From contig JABVCE010000018.1 in assembly GCA_014905635.1 (NCBI GenBank), forward strand, positions 558,001-622,000: a stretch of 64,000 nt of DNA, in the 5' to 3' direction. Under the pieces are notes generated by a model, which searched no databases, was not told the origin of the DNA, and was given only the letters and a program-made list of their open reading frames with translations. Shown piece by piece: positions 44,097-56,261 of the stretch (positions are counted from its first letter, which is position 1; the number at the start of each line of letters is the position of its first letter). The position numbers and the translations under genes are program-made. This DNA comes from Scenedesmus sp. PABB004. Its lineage: Eukaryota.

Positions 44097-47000
44097 ATGG
44101 CGACGGAGCCGCGCGCTGGCGCGCCCGCCGCGTCGGGCGCGGCCGGCGCAGTGGCGCAGCCGGCGGCGCGCGGCGACGACGACGAGCTGGCCGAGGCGGC
44201 TGAGCTGCTGGCGCTGTGCTGTGAGGTGCGCGCGCCGCGGCGAGCGCCGCGCACGCGGCCGGTCAGGCGCGCGCTGACCGCCGCTGCTCCGCGCCGCCAG
44301 GCGTTCGCCGGCTTTGACCCGGGCGGCGGGCTCAGCCTCGACGCGCACCTGGACGGCGCGCTGGGGGCTGCCCGGTGCGGCGCCGACGCGGCCGCGTTTG
44401 CGCGTCAAGTGACCTACGGCCTCTGCCGCTGGTCACCTTTCCTCTCCGGCTTCCTGGAGCCCTTCCTCGCCGCCCACAGGCGCGTGCGCGCGCGCGGCGG
44501 CGCCGCGCGGCGCACCGCCCCCTGTGCGCGGCACGCGCGCTGTGCTGTGCCCACCGCCGCCGCGTGGCAGACCGCCGCCCGCCCGCCCGCCCCTGCGCGC
44601 AGCACGACCGCGCACCGCGCCGACGCGCCGCTGTATCGCGTGCTCGCCTACCTCGCCGCGTTCCGCCTGCGCGAGCTCGGCTGGCCGGCGCTGCGGACGC
44701 TGCTGCAGGCGGCGGACCCGGCCAAGGCGCTCGCGGCCGCGGAGGCGCTCTTCACCGACGACGCGCTGCTCACGGGGCCGTGCCGGGGCGCGTGGCTGGC
44801 GGCGTACGACAAGGAGGTGCGGCGGGGAGGGGGGCTGCGGCGGCAACGCGCCGCCACGGGCAGCAGCGCAGCCCGCTAGCGAGCTGTAGCGCGGCCGCGC
44901 GCGCACGCTCAGGCGGCGCGCTGGGCGCGGCCGCCGCCACCGCAGTTTGTCGACGCGGTCATCGCGGGGCTGCTGGCCTGGCGGCAAGACGCGGAGCCGC
45001 TCATCGCGGCGCTGCGCGAGCGCGTGTACTTTGCCCGGCGCGACAACGGCGGCGGCGACGTGGGGCCAGGCGGGCGCAGCGGCGGCGGCGACAGCCCCGG
45101 GCGGCGGCCGCGCGCGCGGCGGCCGCCGACGCAGGCGTGCGAGTTTGCGCTGTCGCAGCCGCGCCCCAAGCCGCCGCCGGCGCCGGAGCCGCCGCCGCCG
45201 GCGCGCAGGGCGCGGCCGCCGCCGCGGCCGTCGCCCGGGCCGACGCGGGAGCAGCTGGCGATCGAGGCGGCGCGCGCGGCCAACCGCGCGGCCGCCGAGG
45301 CGCGGCGCGCCGACCCGCGGCAGGGGCCGTTCCGGCTGCGCGTGCTGGAGCGGCCGATGCACGCCGAGGCGCTGCGCGCGGCGGCCGAGGCGGAGCTCGC
45401 GGCGGAGCTGGCCGTGCGGCCCCGCGCGCGGCCGCCGCCGCCGCCGCCGGACGCGCCCGTGCGGCTCACCGCGGCCGCGGTGCTGCGGGAGGATGCGCTG
45501 CTGCGCCGGCAGCAGGCGGCCGAGGCGGGCGCGCTGCAGAGGTACGAGGCGGAGCTGCGCGACGGCGCGGCGTTCGAACGGTGCGGCGCGGCAGCTGCAG
45601 CGCTCGCGCGGGGGTGGCGCGCGCGCCGGTGGCAGCGCGCGGCGAGTGGCGCGCGCGCGGCGGCAGGGTGCGCCCAGCCGCGCGGCGCGCTGTGCCCGCG
45701 CGCAGGTGGCAGGCGGCCATGCGCGACGCCGACGCGGCGGCGGCAGCGGCGCGCGTGGAGGAGCTGCGGCAGGAGATGGGCGCGGCGGCGGGCGCGGCGG
45801 CGCAGGCACGCGACGCGCTGCTCGCGGCCCGCGCCGCCGTGACGGCGGACGCCAAGGCTGCGCGCGTGGCGCGCGAGGAGGAGCGGCGGGCAGCGGCGGC
45901 GGCGGCAGCCGCCGCCGCGGCGGAGCGCGCGGCCGAGGTCGCGGCGGAGCGGGCGCGCGCGCGCGAGGCGCAGGAGGCGGCGGCGGCCGAGCGCCGGCTG
46001 TCGGCGCAGGAGGTCCGCGAGCGCGCGCAGGCGGACGCGCGGGCACGCGCCGAGGCGGAGGCGCGCGAGGCGGCCGAGCGCCGCGACCTCATCGCCCAGC
46101 TGCGGGGCGTCGAGGCCGCGGCACGCGCGCGGGGCGCTGGCGGCGGCGGCCGCGCCGCCAGGCCGTTCGACCCCACCGCGGTGCGCCGCCGCCGCCGGGG
46201 CAGATAACCCTGGGTGCGCGGCGGTTGGCAGGCTCAACTCTCAGCCTCGCCGCCGCGGCTGCACCGCCGCAGCTGCCCGAACTGGGAATCAATCACCTCA
46301 TGTCGCTGGCCGAGCTGCGCGCGCGCCTGGCGGCGGCCAAGCAGTGCCAGCTCGAGGAGGTGCGGTCGGGCGGCGGGAAAGGGGGGGGGGGGCTGGCCGC
46401 CGCGCGCTGCTCTCGCTGGTGCGCCGGCCCGCGCTCACCAAGCGCGCGCGCACGTGCGCGGCCGCGCGGGGCCTGGCAGGAGGAGCGCACGCGCGCCCGC
46501 ATCCTGGCGGCGCGCCAGGCGCGGGATGCTGCGCTGGCTGACAAGGCCAGCCAGATCGCGGCGGTGCGGCGGCTGGCGAGCGCGCAGGCGGCGCTGCGCA
46601 AGGCGGCCGGCCAGGTGGGTGGGCCCCACTCGCGGGCACGTGCGCATGCGCACACGCGCGCCGCGGACGACCGCGCCGGCTCGCTGACCGTGGCGCCCGC
46701 CCGCGCGCCCACAAGCCGCCGCCCGCCGGCGCAGGCCCAGCGCGCGCAGAGCGCGGCGGCGGTCCTGCAGCGCACGGAGTGCGGCGTGCTGGCGCTCGCG
46801 GAGCGGCTGGACGCGAAGCACGAAGCGGCGGCGGCCGAGGTGGCGCGCGTCGCTGCCGAGGAGAAGCGGCTGCGCTTTGAGCAGATGCAGCTGGCGGCGG
46901 GCTCGGCGGCCGTCGAGGAGCACCGGTTCAGGTGGGGGGGGGGGGCTCGGACCGCCCGCGGCGTGTGCGAACGCGGAGCGCGCACCCGCTGACCTGACCG

Positions 47001-47408
47001 TGCGCGTGCGCACGCTGCTGCAGGGAGCTGCGCGAGGGCCGGCGGCGCGACTGCGAGCGGCGGCAGGCGGGCCGCCTCGCTGCGTCGGCGGCGGAGGAGC
47101 GCAGCGCGGCGCGCCTGGCCGCCACGCGGCGGTGCGGCATCGCGGCGCGCGCGCAGGCGCACGCGGCGCAGCAGGCAGCCTACGACGCCGGCCTCGCGGC
47201 GGCGAGCCAGGCCGCGGCGCACCAGGGCGCGCGGGAGCGGCTCGGCCGGCAGGCCGCCGCGGCCGCGCGGCGCGCGCAGGAGGCGGACCAGCGCCGCCAG
47301 CACGCGGCGGCGGCCTACGTGCCGTCCTCCGGCGCGCGGCCGCCGAGCACCATGCAGGCGCGCCTGCGCGCGCTGGCCGCCGGCGCGGAGCTGCCGCTGC
47401 CCAGCTGA
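44097..47408 (+). CDS. CFAP99: Cilia- and flagella-associated protein 99-like
   Basis: F.RQVTYG, LYRVLAYLAAFRLRELG, VRLTAAAVLREDALL, FERWQ, FDPT, MSLAELRARL, long coiled coils. Confidence 0.75.
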
Positions 47409-47608
47409 GCCGCGGCAGGGGCTCGGCGAGCGGGAGAGGCGAGCCAGCAGCGAGCGAGCGAGCGAGCGAGGGCAGGCGAGCGGGTGTCACCAGTAGGCGG
47501 CTGTGGCCCCGTGGTCACAGAGGGCAGAGGCTTGAGCGCAGGGCCCAGCGCGCACAGGCGCGCATGAAATCCCGACCCCGGACATTGCGCCGCCCCGGGG
47601 GTCATCAT

Positions 47609-49765
47609 TCACGCGGGCAGCAGGATGCTGCCGGACGTGCTGCGGCACGCGGCGCAGCCCGCCGCCGCGCACGCGGCCGGGTCCTGCTCGCCGCCGCCCG
47701 CCGCCTCGGGGCCCGCGTGCATCACCCAGTCGTAGCTGGCGGGCGCCGCGGCCGCGCCGGCGGCGCACGCGGCGATGCGCAGCATGCGGCGCGGGCAGCC
47801 CGCGGGCGCGCCCGCCGCGGCCGCGTCGAGCTCTGTCGCGTCGGCCCAGCGCCACTCGCCCAGCAGCCGCCCCGCCTCGTAGCGGCCGGCAAACACGTAC
47901 GCGGCGCCGGCGTTGCCGCCGGCGGCGCCCGGGCCGCGGCCGCGGGCGCGGCGGACGCGCTGCGGCCCTTAACCTTGCACACAAACACGGCGCTGCCGGC
48001 GCTCGCCCAGCAGCCGCCGAGGATGCGGAACACGACGGGGCTGGGCACCACGCCCAGCGCGTCGCCTGCAGGCGACGCGCCCGCCGCCGCGGCCGCGGCC
48101 GCGGCCGCCGACGCGGCGATCACAGAGCCGCCGACGCCACCCGCCTCGTCCAGCGACAGCTCCAGCGCCATGCCGCGCGACACAAAGCCCTGCAGCTTGC
48201 ACCCGCGCTCCTTGGCCGCGGCCGCGGCGGGCTCGTGCTGGCGGCCGGGCGGGGGCCGGGCGGCGGCGCTGGGCGGGGGCGGCTTGGCGCCGCCGCTCGC
48301 CGCGGCCGCGGCGAGGCCCTGCAGCGCGGCCGCCGCCGCCCGGGTACACGCGGCGGCGTCGGGCGCGCCCGCACCGTGCAGCGGCGACGGCACGAGGCCC
48401 ACGCGCCCGCGCTGCAGCTGCAGCGCGGGCGCGAGCGGGCCGTCCGCGCCGCCGCCCGCGCGCGCCGCGTCGAGCACCAGCGCGCGCAGGCGGCCCGCGA
48501 GCTCCGCCGCGGCCGGCCGCGAGCTCCGGTCCTGCGCGGCGCAGGCGAGCGCGAGGCCCGCAAAAGCGCGCGCGCCGTCGGCCGGCCAGTCGGCGGTCGC
48601 GGGCGGGAGGTGCAGGTCCCCGACGTCGTGCGACGCGTGCGCGAGCACGCGCTTCGCGGCGCGCGGGTCGCCCGGGTCGTCGCGCAGGAGCTGGACCAGC
48701 ACCAGCCCCAGGCCGTACACATCGCTCTTGTCACACAGCTGGCCGAGCTGCTCGTACATGGGGTCCAGATACTCCTGCGTCCCTGCGGCACCGCGGCGCG
48801 CCGGCGGCGCGGCGGCATCAGGGGCGCGTCGGGGCGCCGCGCCGCGCAGCAGAGGAGGGTGACCCGCCGGCGGCGCGTGGGGCGCGGCAGCACGCGGCCC
48901 CACGCTCGCACCTGCCCAGCCGCGCTGCTGCACCACCGCGCCGCGGCCGCCGCCGCCGGCGCTGCCAGGCGCGGCGCCGGCCACGCCGCGCGCCGCGAGG
49001 CGCGCCAGCACCGCGTCCGCCGCCGCTGAGGCGCAGCCGCCGCCGTGGCTCGCCCGCCCGGGCGGGCTGTGCGGCGCGGCGCCGCGCGGCGGCGGCGACG
49101 ACCCAGGGCGCGGGCTGCCACCGCCGCCGGGCCGTGGCCCGCCCGGCCAGCCCGCCGCGGCCGCCACCGCCGCGCCCGGGCTGCCGCCGCCGCCGCTGCT
49201 GCGCGCGCCCGGCAGCGCTGCTGGCTCGACCACGGTGGCGATGCCAAAATCGATGAGCCGGGCGTTGCCGGCAGCATCCAGCAGCACGTTGGCGGGCTTG
49301 ACGTCGCGGTGCAGCAGCTGCGCCGGCGCCGCGCTGTGCAGGCTCGCGAGCGCAGAGGCGAGCTGGTAGCTGAGCAGCAGGCGGCGCCGCCACGGCAGGG
49401 CGCCGCCCGCGCCCGGGGCAGGCCGAGGCGGGCGCCGAGGTCGCCGCCGGGCAGGAGCTCAAACACGAGGGCGTCGAGCTCGGCGCTCCAGACGCTGCCG
49501 CGCGTGCGCACGATCGCCGGGTGCGCCGCAAGGCGCAGCACGCGCGCCTCGACCATCAGCGCACGCCGCGCGCCCGGCAGCGCGCACTTGATCGCCACGC
49601 GCCGCAGCGGCGCGTCGCCGGCGGCGGGCGCGTCGGCGGCGACCACACGGCCGCAGCCGCCCACGCCGAGCAGGCGCGCGCGCTTGCAGGTCGCGGCCGC
49701 GAGCAGCGCCGTGGGCTCGTAGCGCACGCCGACGTGCACGTCCTGCGGCACGTCGCTGGCCGCGG

Positions 49766-49807
<42 letters not shown>

Positions 49808-49844
49808 CCAGCGAGGCCGCCGGCGCCTTCCTGTGATGCCCCAT
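47609..49844 (-). CDS. Pelle/RLCK-type Ser/Thr protein kinase with C-terminal extra domain (apparent frameshifts near 49410 and 47950)
   Basis: LGVGGCGRV, VAIK, LVFELLPGGDL, LPWRRRL, HRDVKPANVLLD, DFG, GTQEYLDP, KSDVYGLGLVL. Confidence 0.85.
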
Positions 49845-50263
49845 CAGCCGCGACCCGAGAGAGCAGCGCCGCTGCCGTCGGCCGCCGCCGGCGCCCGCAG
49901 CAGGTTTCGGGGCGCCCTGCCGGGCCGGCCTGCGCCTGCTACACGGCAGCCGCTGGCGCCAGCGCGGTCGCCCGGGCCGCCGCCGCTCCCGGGCGCGCGC
50001 GGCGCCGCGCGCTCGCCGGCGTCTGCTGCTCGCCGCTGGACGCGTGGCCCCCGCGGCGTGTTCCGTGCGTCGTGTGTGTCGTCCACAGTCCCCTGCAAGC
50101 GCCAGGGCGGCAGCCAACGTCAACTTCGCATCACCCGGCGGCAGGTGTCAGGTCCGGGGCTCAGGCGGCAGGTGCGCGCAGCCGCTCACCAGCACCGCGC
50201 GCTGCCGCCGCAGCCCCACTCCCCACCGCCGCCCCGCTCGCCGCCCTGCCCAATCCCGCCACG

Positions 50264-50979
50264 ATGCCGTCGCCAGCACGCGCCGCGCTGCTCCTGGCGC
50301 TGGCCTGCCTCGCGGCGGGCGCGGCCGCGCAGCCCGCCTCGCCCGCGCCCGACCTCTCCGCCATCCCCGAGGCCTGCGTGAATAACGGCACCGAGGTCCA
50401 GACCGCCTGCGCCGACGTCTTCACCGCCGCGCAGGCGTTCTTCGGCGCCCAGGCGCGCGCCGCCGGGGGCTGGCGGCGGGAACCGGCAGGCGTGGGACCC
50501 GCCGCGCGAGCTCCACGCCACCGCCGCAACGCGCCGCAGGCGCCGCAGGGCGGCGCGCCGGCGGCGCCGGTCACGGTCACGCAGGCGCAGGTCGACGCCT
50601 TCATCGCGTCCGCGCCGCCGCCGTCGCGCGCCTGCTGCGCCGCGGCGTGCGCGTTCAACAACGCGTTCTGCTCCTGCGACCCGGGCGTGCTGGCCTTTGC
50701 GGTGCAGCTGGCGGGCAACGACGCCAGCACCTACCGCTCGCGTGCGCGCCGCGCGCCCGCGCGCGCTGGCCGACGCGCGCTCCCGGCGCCTCACCCGGCT
50801 CACCCGCCGCCGCCGCCGCTCGTCGCGCAGTGGCCACCGGCTTTGCGCGCGCGTGTGGCTTCCGGCTGGTTTACGGGGACACCTGCCCGGCCGCGGGCGC
50901 CAACCGCAGCGCTGTTGCCGTGACGGCCTGCGCGTCGCTGCCGGCCGCCGGCAACGCGACGACGACGGGAGGGCGCTGA
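50264..50979 (+). CDS. Small secreted Cys-rich protein, nsLTP/prolamin-like, copy 2
   Basis: Near-identical to 30778-31511; ends TTTGGR*. Confidence 0.7.
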
Positions 50980-51117
50980 GCGGGCTGCGTGTGCGCACGT
51001 CCCTGGTGTTACAGTCTGCCACGCAACCCCGGCGGCGCAACGCCCGGTCACGCAAGGCTCGCAGCGTGCGCCGGCAATTCAAGTCGCGCGAGTCAGCCCC
51101 CAGGCAGCGCGGCGGCC

Positions 51118-52106
51118 TCAGTGCATGCCGTGCATCCAGGACTGCAGGCCGTAGGTCTGCAGCGTGTTCATGCCGCTCACCGCCTCGGTCAGCACCATGC
51201 CCGCAAAGCCCATCATCGCCAGCCGGCCGTTCCAGTTCTCCGCGCGAGGCGTCCACGCAAGCCCCAGGAAGGAGTTGGCAAACGGCTCCTTGCGCGTGTA
51301 GCCCCTGCGCGGGCGGGCGGCGCGCGGGCGGGCGGCGCGGTCAGCCCGTCAGCAGGGCGCGTGCGTGCAGCCTGCGCGCGGTGCGCGCGGCGGGGCTCAC
51401 TTGACGAGGGGCACGTAGGTGGCGATGGAGATGAGCACGAAGCTCAGGAACACCACCACCGGGTGGTCCGCCGTCTGCTCCAGCAGGCCCAGGCCCGTCT
51501 TCCACTCGCCGACCAGCCCCGCCAGCACACCCTGCGCGCCGCGCGGCGGCGGGCGAGCGCGGCGGGTCGGCGGGGGCGCGGGCGGCACGCGGCTGGCCGA
51601 GCGCGCGGCGCTCGGCGGCTGGACGCGCGCGCGCCGCACCAGCATGGCGAGTCGGCCGTTGATGGTCTCGGGCGCGGGGCCGTCGAAGGTCTGCAGCTGC
51701 TGCAGGTCGCCCGCCGCGGTGCCCAGGTCGGCGCGCAGCTCGGCCATGCGGGGGCTCACGTTGCCCGGCTCCTTGGTCGCCACCTGCGCTCGGCGGCGGC
51801 GCGCGCGCGCGCGAGTCGGCACGCGCGCGCGAGTCAGCGCCGCCGCCGCTCACGCTCCCCGCGGTGCGCGCGCGCGCGCGGGCGCACCTCGCTGAGCTGC
51901 TCGGGCGAGAGGCGGGTCTCGTTCAGGCGGCGCAGCTCGGGCGGCGCGGTGGCGCGGTCGTCGTCGCCGTCCTTGAAGCGGCGCACCACGGCCGCCCCGC
52001 GGCGCGCGGCGGGCGGCGTGGCGGGCAGCAGGCCGCGGCAGGGGCGGCCGGCGGCGCGGCCCAGGCCGCGCGTGGCGGCGGCGGCGGCGGGGCTGGCGCG
52101 CAGCAT
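51118..52106 (-). CDS. ELIP: Early light-inducible protein, copy 2
   Basis: Same exon structure and motifs as copy 1, with a few substitutions (AMIG/AMMG, EAAS/EAVS). Confidence 0.93.
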
Positions 52107-52914
52107 CGTGGCGATGAGCGAGCGAGGTGGGCGGGCGCGGCTGCTTGGTGAGCGGCTGCAGGTGCGATCGTGCGAGAGGGGCGAGCTGGGGTGTGGGGAG
52201 CACTGGGAGGGCGGGGGCGGGGCGCCCTGGCTAAGTAGCTGCCGCGGGGCGGCGTGACGGCGCCTGCGACTCGGCGCGTGCGCCCGCAGCACCATTGCGG
52301 CCAGGGGGCCGCGAGTGCGCTGCTGAGCGCGATAAAGCGCCGATGCTGGCGTGGGGGGCCGCGGCGCTGCCTGGGGCGCGCGCGGCGGCCGGGCGGGACG
52401 CGCACGCGCGCATTTGCCGCCGCCGCCTGCCCCGGGCGCTGCCAGGGGCGATCAGCGCTGCCGTTGGCGCCACGCCGAGGCTGCTGCGAGACTGAGGGCT
52501 CCTGGGGCTCGCGCGGTGGTCGGTTGCCCTCGCAGCCGCCCCCGCGCCTCTCGCACCCTGCGTCTGCCCTCGCGCTCGAATCGCAGCACCGGTCGACCCA
52601 AAAAACGTGGTGCACGTCAACAGTGCATCGTGGTTCGGTCACAACGTGGGCTGCAGCTAGCCAGCTCCCGACCACGACGGCAGTCAACCCGCGGTCAACC
52701 GGCGGTCAACCGGCCTCGCGGCCATGCGGCTGCGACCTGCCAATTCGAGGACGGCAGCGCCGCGCACGCGCGCGGCGCTCCCCTGCGTCGTGCGGCCAGC
52801 ATACGCCACACCTGGCCCGGGCCGCATCTCACCAACACCACCACACCACCACCACACGCACTGCCGGCCCGCAGCGGCCTGGCAGGCCGCCGCCGCAAAA
52901 CGCCTCGCCCCGGC

Positions 52915-54794
52915 TCAGCTGCTCCTCGCGGCGGCGGGCGGCCCGGGCGTGAGCGAGAGCAGCTGCAGCCACATCGACGACGGCGCCGCGCCGATGCGGT
53001 GAAGGCGCCAGATGCTCCACACCACGCGCCCCAGAATGACCGTGGACGCCAGCGGCACGGCTGCGGGGCGGCGGCAGCGGCGGCGGCGCAGTCGGGCGGC
53101 CGGCAGCAGCGTGCTGCCGCACGCGCACGCGCGGCGCTGCCGCCGGCGCCCGCGTGCGCGCAAGGCGCTCACCCAGCTGCGCCGGCGCGAGCACGCCGCT
53201 GCTCACGCCCAGCAGCATCTGGGCGAGGTTCAGCACCGCCGCCGCGCCGCACAGCGCGCCGACGTGCAGCCCAAAGCGCTGCAGGTCGGCGCTGCTCGTG
53301 GCGCGGCGGGCGAGGGCCACCGCGAAGCGCGCCGCCGTGGCGCCCACCGCGAGCAGCAGCGCCAGCAGCGCCGCGCACACCGCGACCTGCAGCGCGGCGA
53401 GGCCGTAGCTCTGCGGCGCGGCGCCGCTGAGCAGCGCGGGCTGCTGCAGCACCGCGCCGACGCTGATGCAGGGCCACGCCAGCACGCCCGCGAGCTTCAG
53501 CGCCAGCGCCGTGTCGTCGCCCAGCCTGCGCGGAGCGCAGCGGGCGGCGGCGCCGGGTGGGCGGCGGACGCGTGCGCGGCAGCGGGGCCCGCGCGTGCGG
53601 CGGCGCTCACTTTGGCAGCGCAAAGGGCAGCCGCACGGCTGGCAGCTCCACGCCCGCGCGCCGCAGCGCGCCCCGCGCCGCGCCGGCCAGGCCGGTCAGG
53701 CCCGCGCCCAGCGGCAGCATCAGCAGCAGGCACGTGAAGTACATGAGGCCCTGGCTGGCGGCCGACACCGCCAGCCACTGCTTGTCTGCGGCCGCCCGCG
53801 GCGGCGGCGGCGGCGGCGGTGCGGGCTTTGGAGGGTGTGCCGCGGGCGCGCTCGGGGCAGCGCGCCCGAGCGCCGCGCGCCCGAGCGCCGCGCCGCGCCG
53901 GGCGGCGCGGTGGGGGCAGCGCGCCGTGCGCGCACTCGGGATGAGCGCGGCCGCGACGCCGCTGCTGCCGCTGGCGACCGAGTACAGGCAAGCCATGAGG
54001 CCCCGCGTCAGCCACGCCGGCGCGAGCAGGCCTGCGGCGGCAGCGTGCCGTTGCGCCGCGCGCCCCCCGTGCGCCGCGTGCTGCGCGCGCCGCCCCCCGC
54101 CGCCCCCCCCCCCCTGTGCGCCCCCGCGCGCCGCACCCGGGCGGCTCCAGGTCGCGGGGTGGTCGGTGCCGCTCGCGAGCGCGCGCACGAGGGAGACGGC
54201 GACGTCCTCGTACGCCACGCCGCGCCCGGGGAGGGCCGGGAAGAGCGCCGCCGCGAGGGAGGTCATGCCGGCCATCGCCGTGTTGGTGAGCGTGACCATG
54301 CCGCCGGTGAGGGACCACGTGAGGCACCACAGCGCCGTCGGCAGCAGCGCCGCGAGCGCCCACGGCGCGACCGCGCCCGCGCCCGCGGCGCCGGCGCCGG
54401 CGCCGCCCGGGCCGCCGCCCGGGCCGCCGCCGCCGCCGCCGCCGTAGCTGTAGCTGCCGCCGCCGCCGTAGGGCGGGCTGGCGTCGTCCCGGTTGTTTCC
54501 AAAGATGCCGCTGAAGCGCCCCGCCGACACGCTGCCGCCCTCCGACTCTGCGCCGCGCTCGCGCTCGCCGCCCAAGCCGCCGTCCGCGCCGTGCCAGGCC
54601 CAGGCCGGGCCCTGCTCGCGCGCCTGCTCGCCCCAGGTGCGCCGCGCCGCCGCCGGCGCGGCGCCGCGCGGGCGCGGGCGCGCGCGCGGGCGCAGCAGCG
54701 GCGGCGCCGCGCTGCGGCGGTTGGCGCCGCCGCCGGGCTGCGGCGCGGCGCGGCGCGTGCCCGGACAGGCTTTCACCGTGCCAAGGGCCGCCAT
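52915..54794 (-). CDS. Multi-pass membrane protein with probable plastid transit peptide, function unknown
   Basis: Long ORF 53607-54794 with many hydrophobic segments, plus further hydrophobic exons down to 52915. Confidence 0.55.
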
Positions 54795-55048
54795 GGCCCG
54801 CGCGCGAGCACCGGAGGGAGCCGGTTGGCGCCTGCTGCTGCGCGCGCGACCTGCTGCTGGGGCGGGCGGGCGCTGGCACGGCTGGCGAGCGGTATCGGCG
54901 TGCTCCGCGGTCGACGAGCTGTGCGTTGGAGGCCGGCCGCGGGCAAAGCCTGTCGAGGGGTTTCGCGGCCGAAACCGCCGCCGCTCCTGGTCGCCGACGG
55001 GCCTGCAACCGCCAGCGCTGGGCGCCACACATCCACCACGACCGGGCC

Positions 55049-56159
55049 ATGGCCGCCGCGGCGGCTGCGCTGCAGCAGCAGCAGCCGCTCCGCCACCGCC
55101 GCCCCCCGGCCGCCGCTGCTGCCGCCGCCGCGCCGCGCACGGCGGCGCGCGCGGGCGGCGCCGGCGGTGCCTCCTCAGCCTCCTCAGCTTCCTCAGCCTC
55201 CTCAGCCTCTTCCGCCGCCGACGCCGCCAACGCCGCGCGCCTGGCGGCGCTGGCGGCGTGGATCGCGGCGCACGGCGGCCGCGTGTCTCCGTCGCTCGCG
55301 CTCGTCGAGGCGACGCGCGGCCTCGGCGTCCGCGGCGTCGTCGCGGCGCGGCCCGTGGCGCTCGGGGAGCTCGAGGCGTCCGGCCCGCTCGCGGCGGTGC
55401 CACAGGGCCTCGTGCTCGGCAGCGCGCACGCGCTGCGCCTGCTCGCCGCGCGCGCCGGCGCCAGCGCGGCGGACGACGCGGCGGCGGCGCTGCCCGACGC
55501 GTCCCTCGCGGCGGCGGCGCTCGCGCACGAGCTCGCCGCGGGGCCGCGCAGCGCCTGGGCGCCCTACCTCGCGACGCTGCCGGCCGCGCCGCCCAACCCC
55601 TGGCTGCTGGAGCGGCGCGACGCCGTGGCGGCCGCGCTCGCGCCCATCGCCGCGGCGCGCGGCGCGTCCGCGACGGCGGGCTGGGCGGACGCCGTGGCGG
55701 CCGCGCGCGCCGCCGCGCTCGCGCAGGCGGCCGCGGTCGAGGCGACCCTCGGGCCGGCGCTCGGGCTGCGCGCGGCGCAGGTGCTGCCCGCGCTCGGCCA
55801 CGTCGCGAGCCGCTCGCTGACCGCCGGCGGCGGCAGCGGGCTCGTGCCGTTTGTTGACCTGCTCAACCACAGCGCCCGGGGCATGGGCCCGATGCTGCAG
55901 CTCCTCGACGGCGGCGGCCTCGCGGTCACCGTGCTGCCCATCCGCGACGTGAGCGCGCTGCGCGCGCGCGCCGCCGCACGCGCGCGGGGCGTGCGCGCGC
56001 CGCGCCCGACGCGCCCGACGCGTCCGCCGCGCCCCCGCGCGGCAGGGCGAGGCGGTGCCGCTGGGCGTGGGGGAGGAGCTTCTCATAGCCTACCAGGGCG
56101 GCTATGGCGCGCTGGAGGGGTTCATCAAGTTTGGCTTTGTCTCGGACGAGTGGTGGTGA
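55049..56159 (+). CDS. SET-domain protein lysine methyltransferase (Rubisco LSMT-like); 1 intron
   Basis: GLGVRGVVA, SAWAPYLATLP, VASRS, LVPFVDLLNH, GEELLIAY, KFGFV. Confidence 0.88.
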
Positions 56160-56261
56160 GCTGTGGGCGAGCGGTGGTGAGCTGTGGGCGAGTGGTGGTG
56201 AGCTGTGGGCGAGCGGCGGTGAGCTGTGGGCGAGCGGCGGTGAGCTGTGGGCGAGCGGCGG
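56147..56261 (+). repeat. 21-bp minisatellite, about 5.4 copies, overlapping the SET gene stop codon
   Basis: Unit gag(c/t)gg(t/c)ggtgagctgtgggc. Confidence 0.92.

Larger units (their letters stand above)
49861..52423 (-). repeat. Right arm of the inverted segmental duplication (partner 29298-31906)
   Basis: Reverse complement of the left arm; exons nearly identical, introns more diverged. Confidence 0.93.

Noticed and set aside
44097..47408. Flagellar genes as evidence of a cryptic motile stage
   Set aside because: The species is unidentified, and retention of flagellar genes in coccoid chlorophytes is already known.
29298..52423. Composite transposon or Polinton/giant-virus insertion bounded by TIRs
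   Set aside because: The arms consist of host genes, the interior is housekeeping genes, and no transposase, integrase or target-site duplication was seen.
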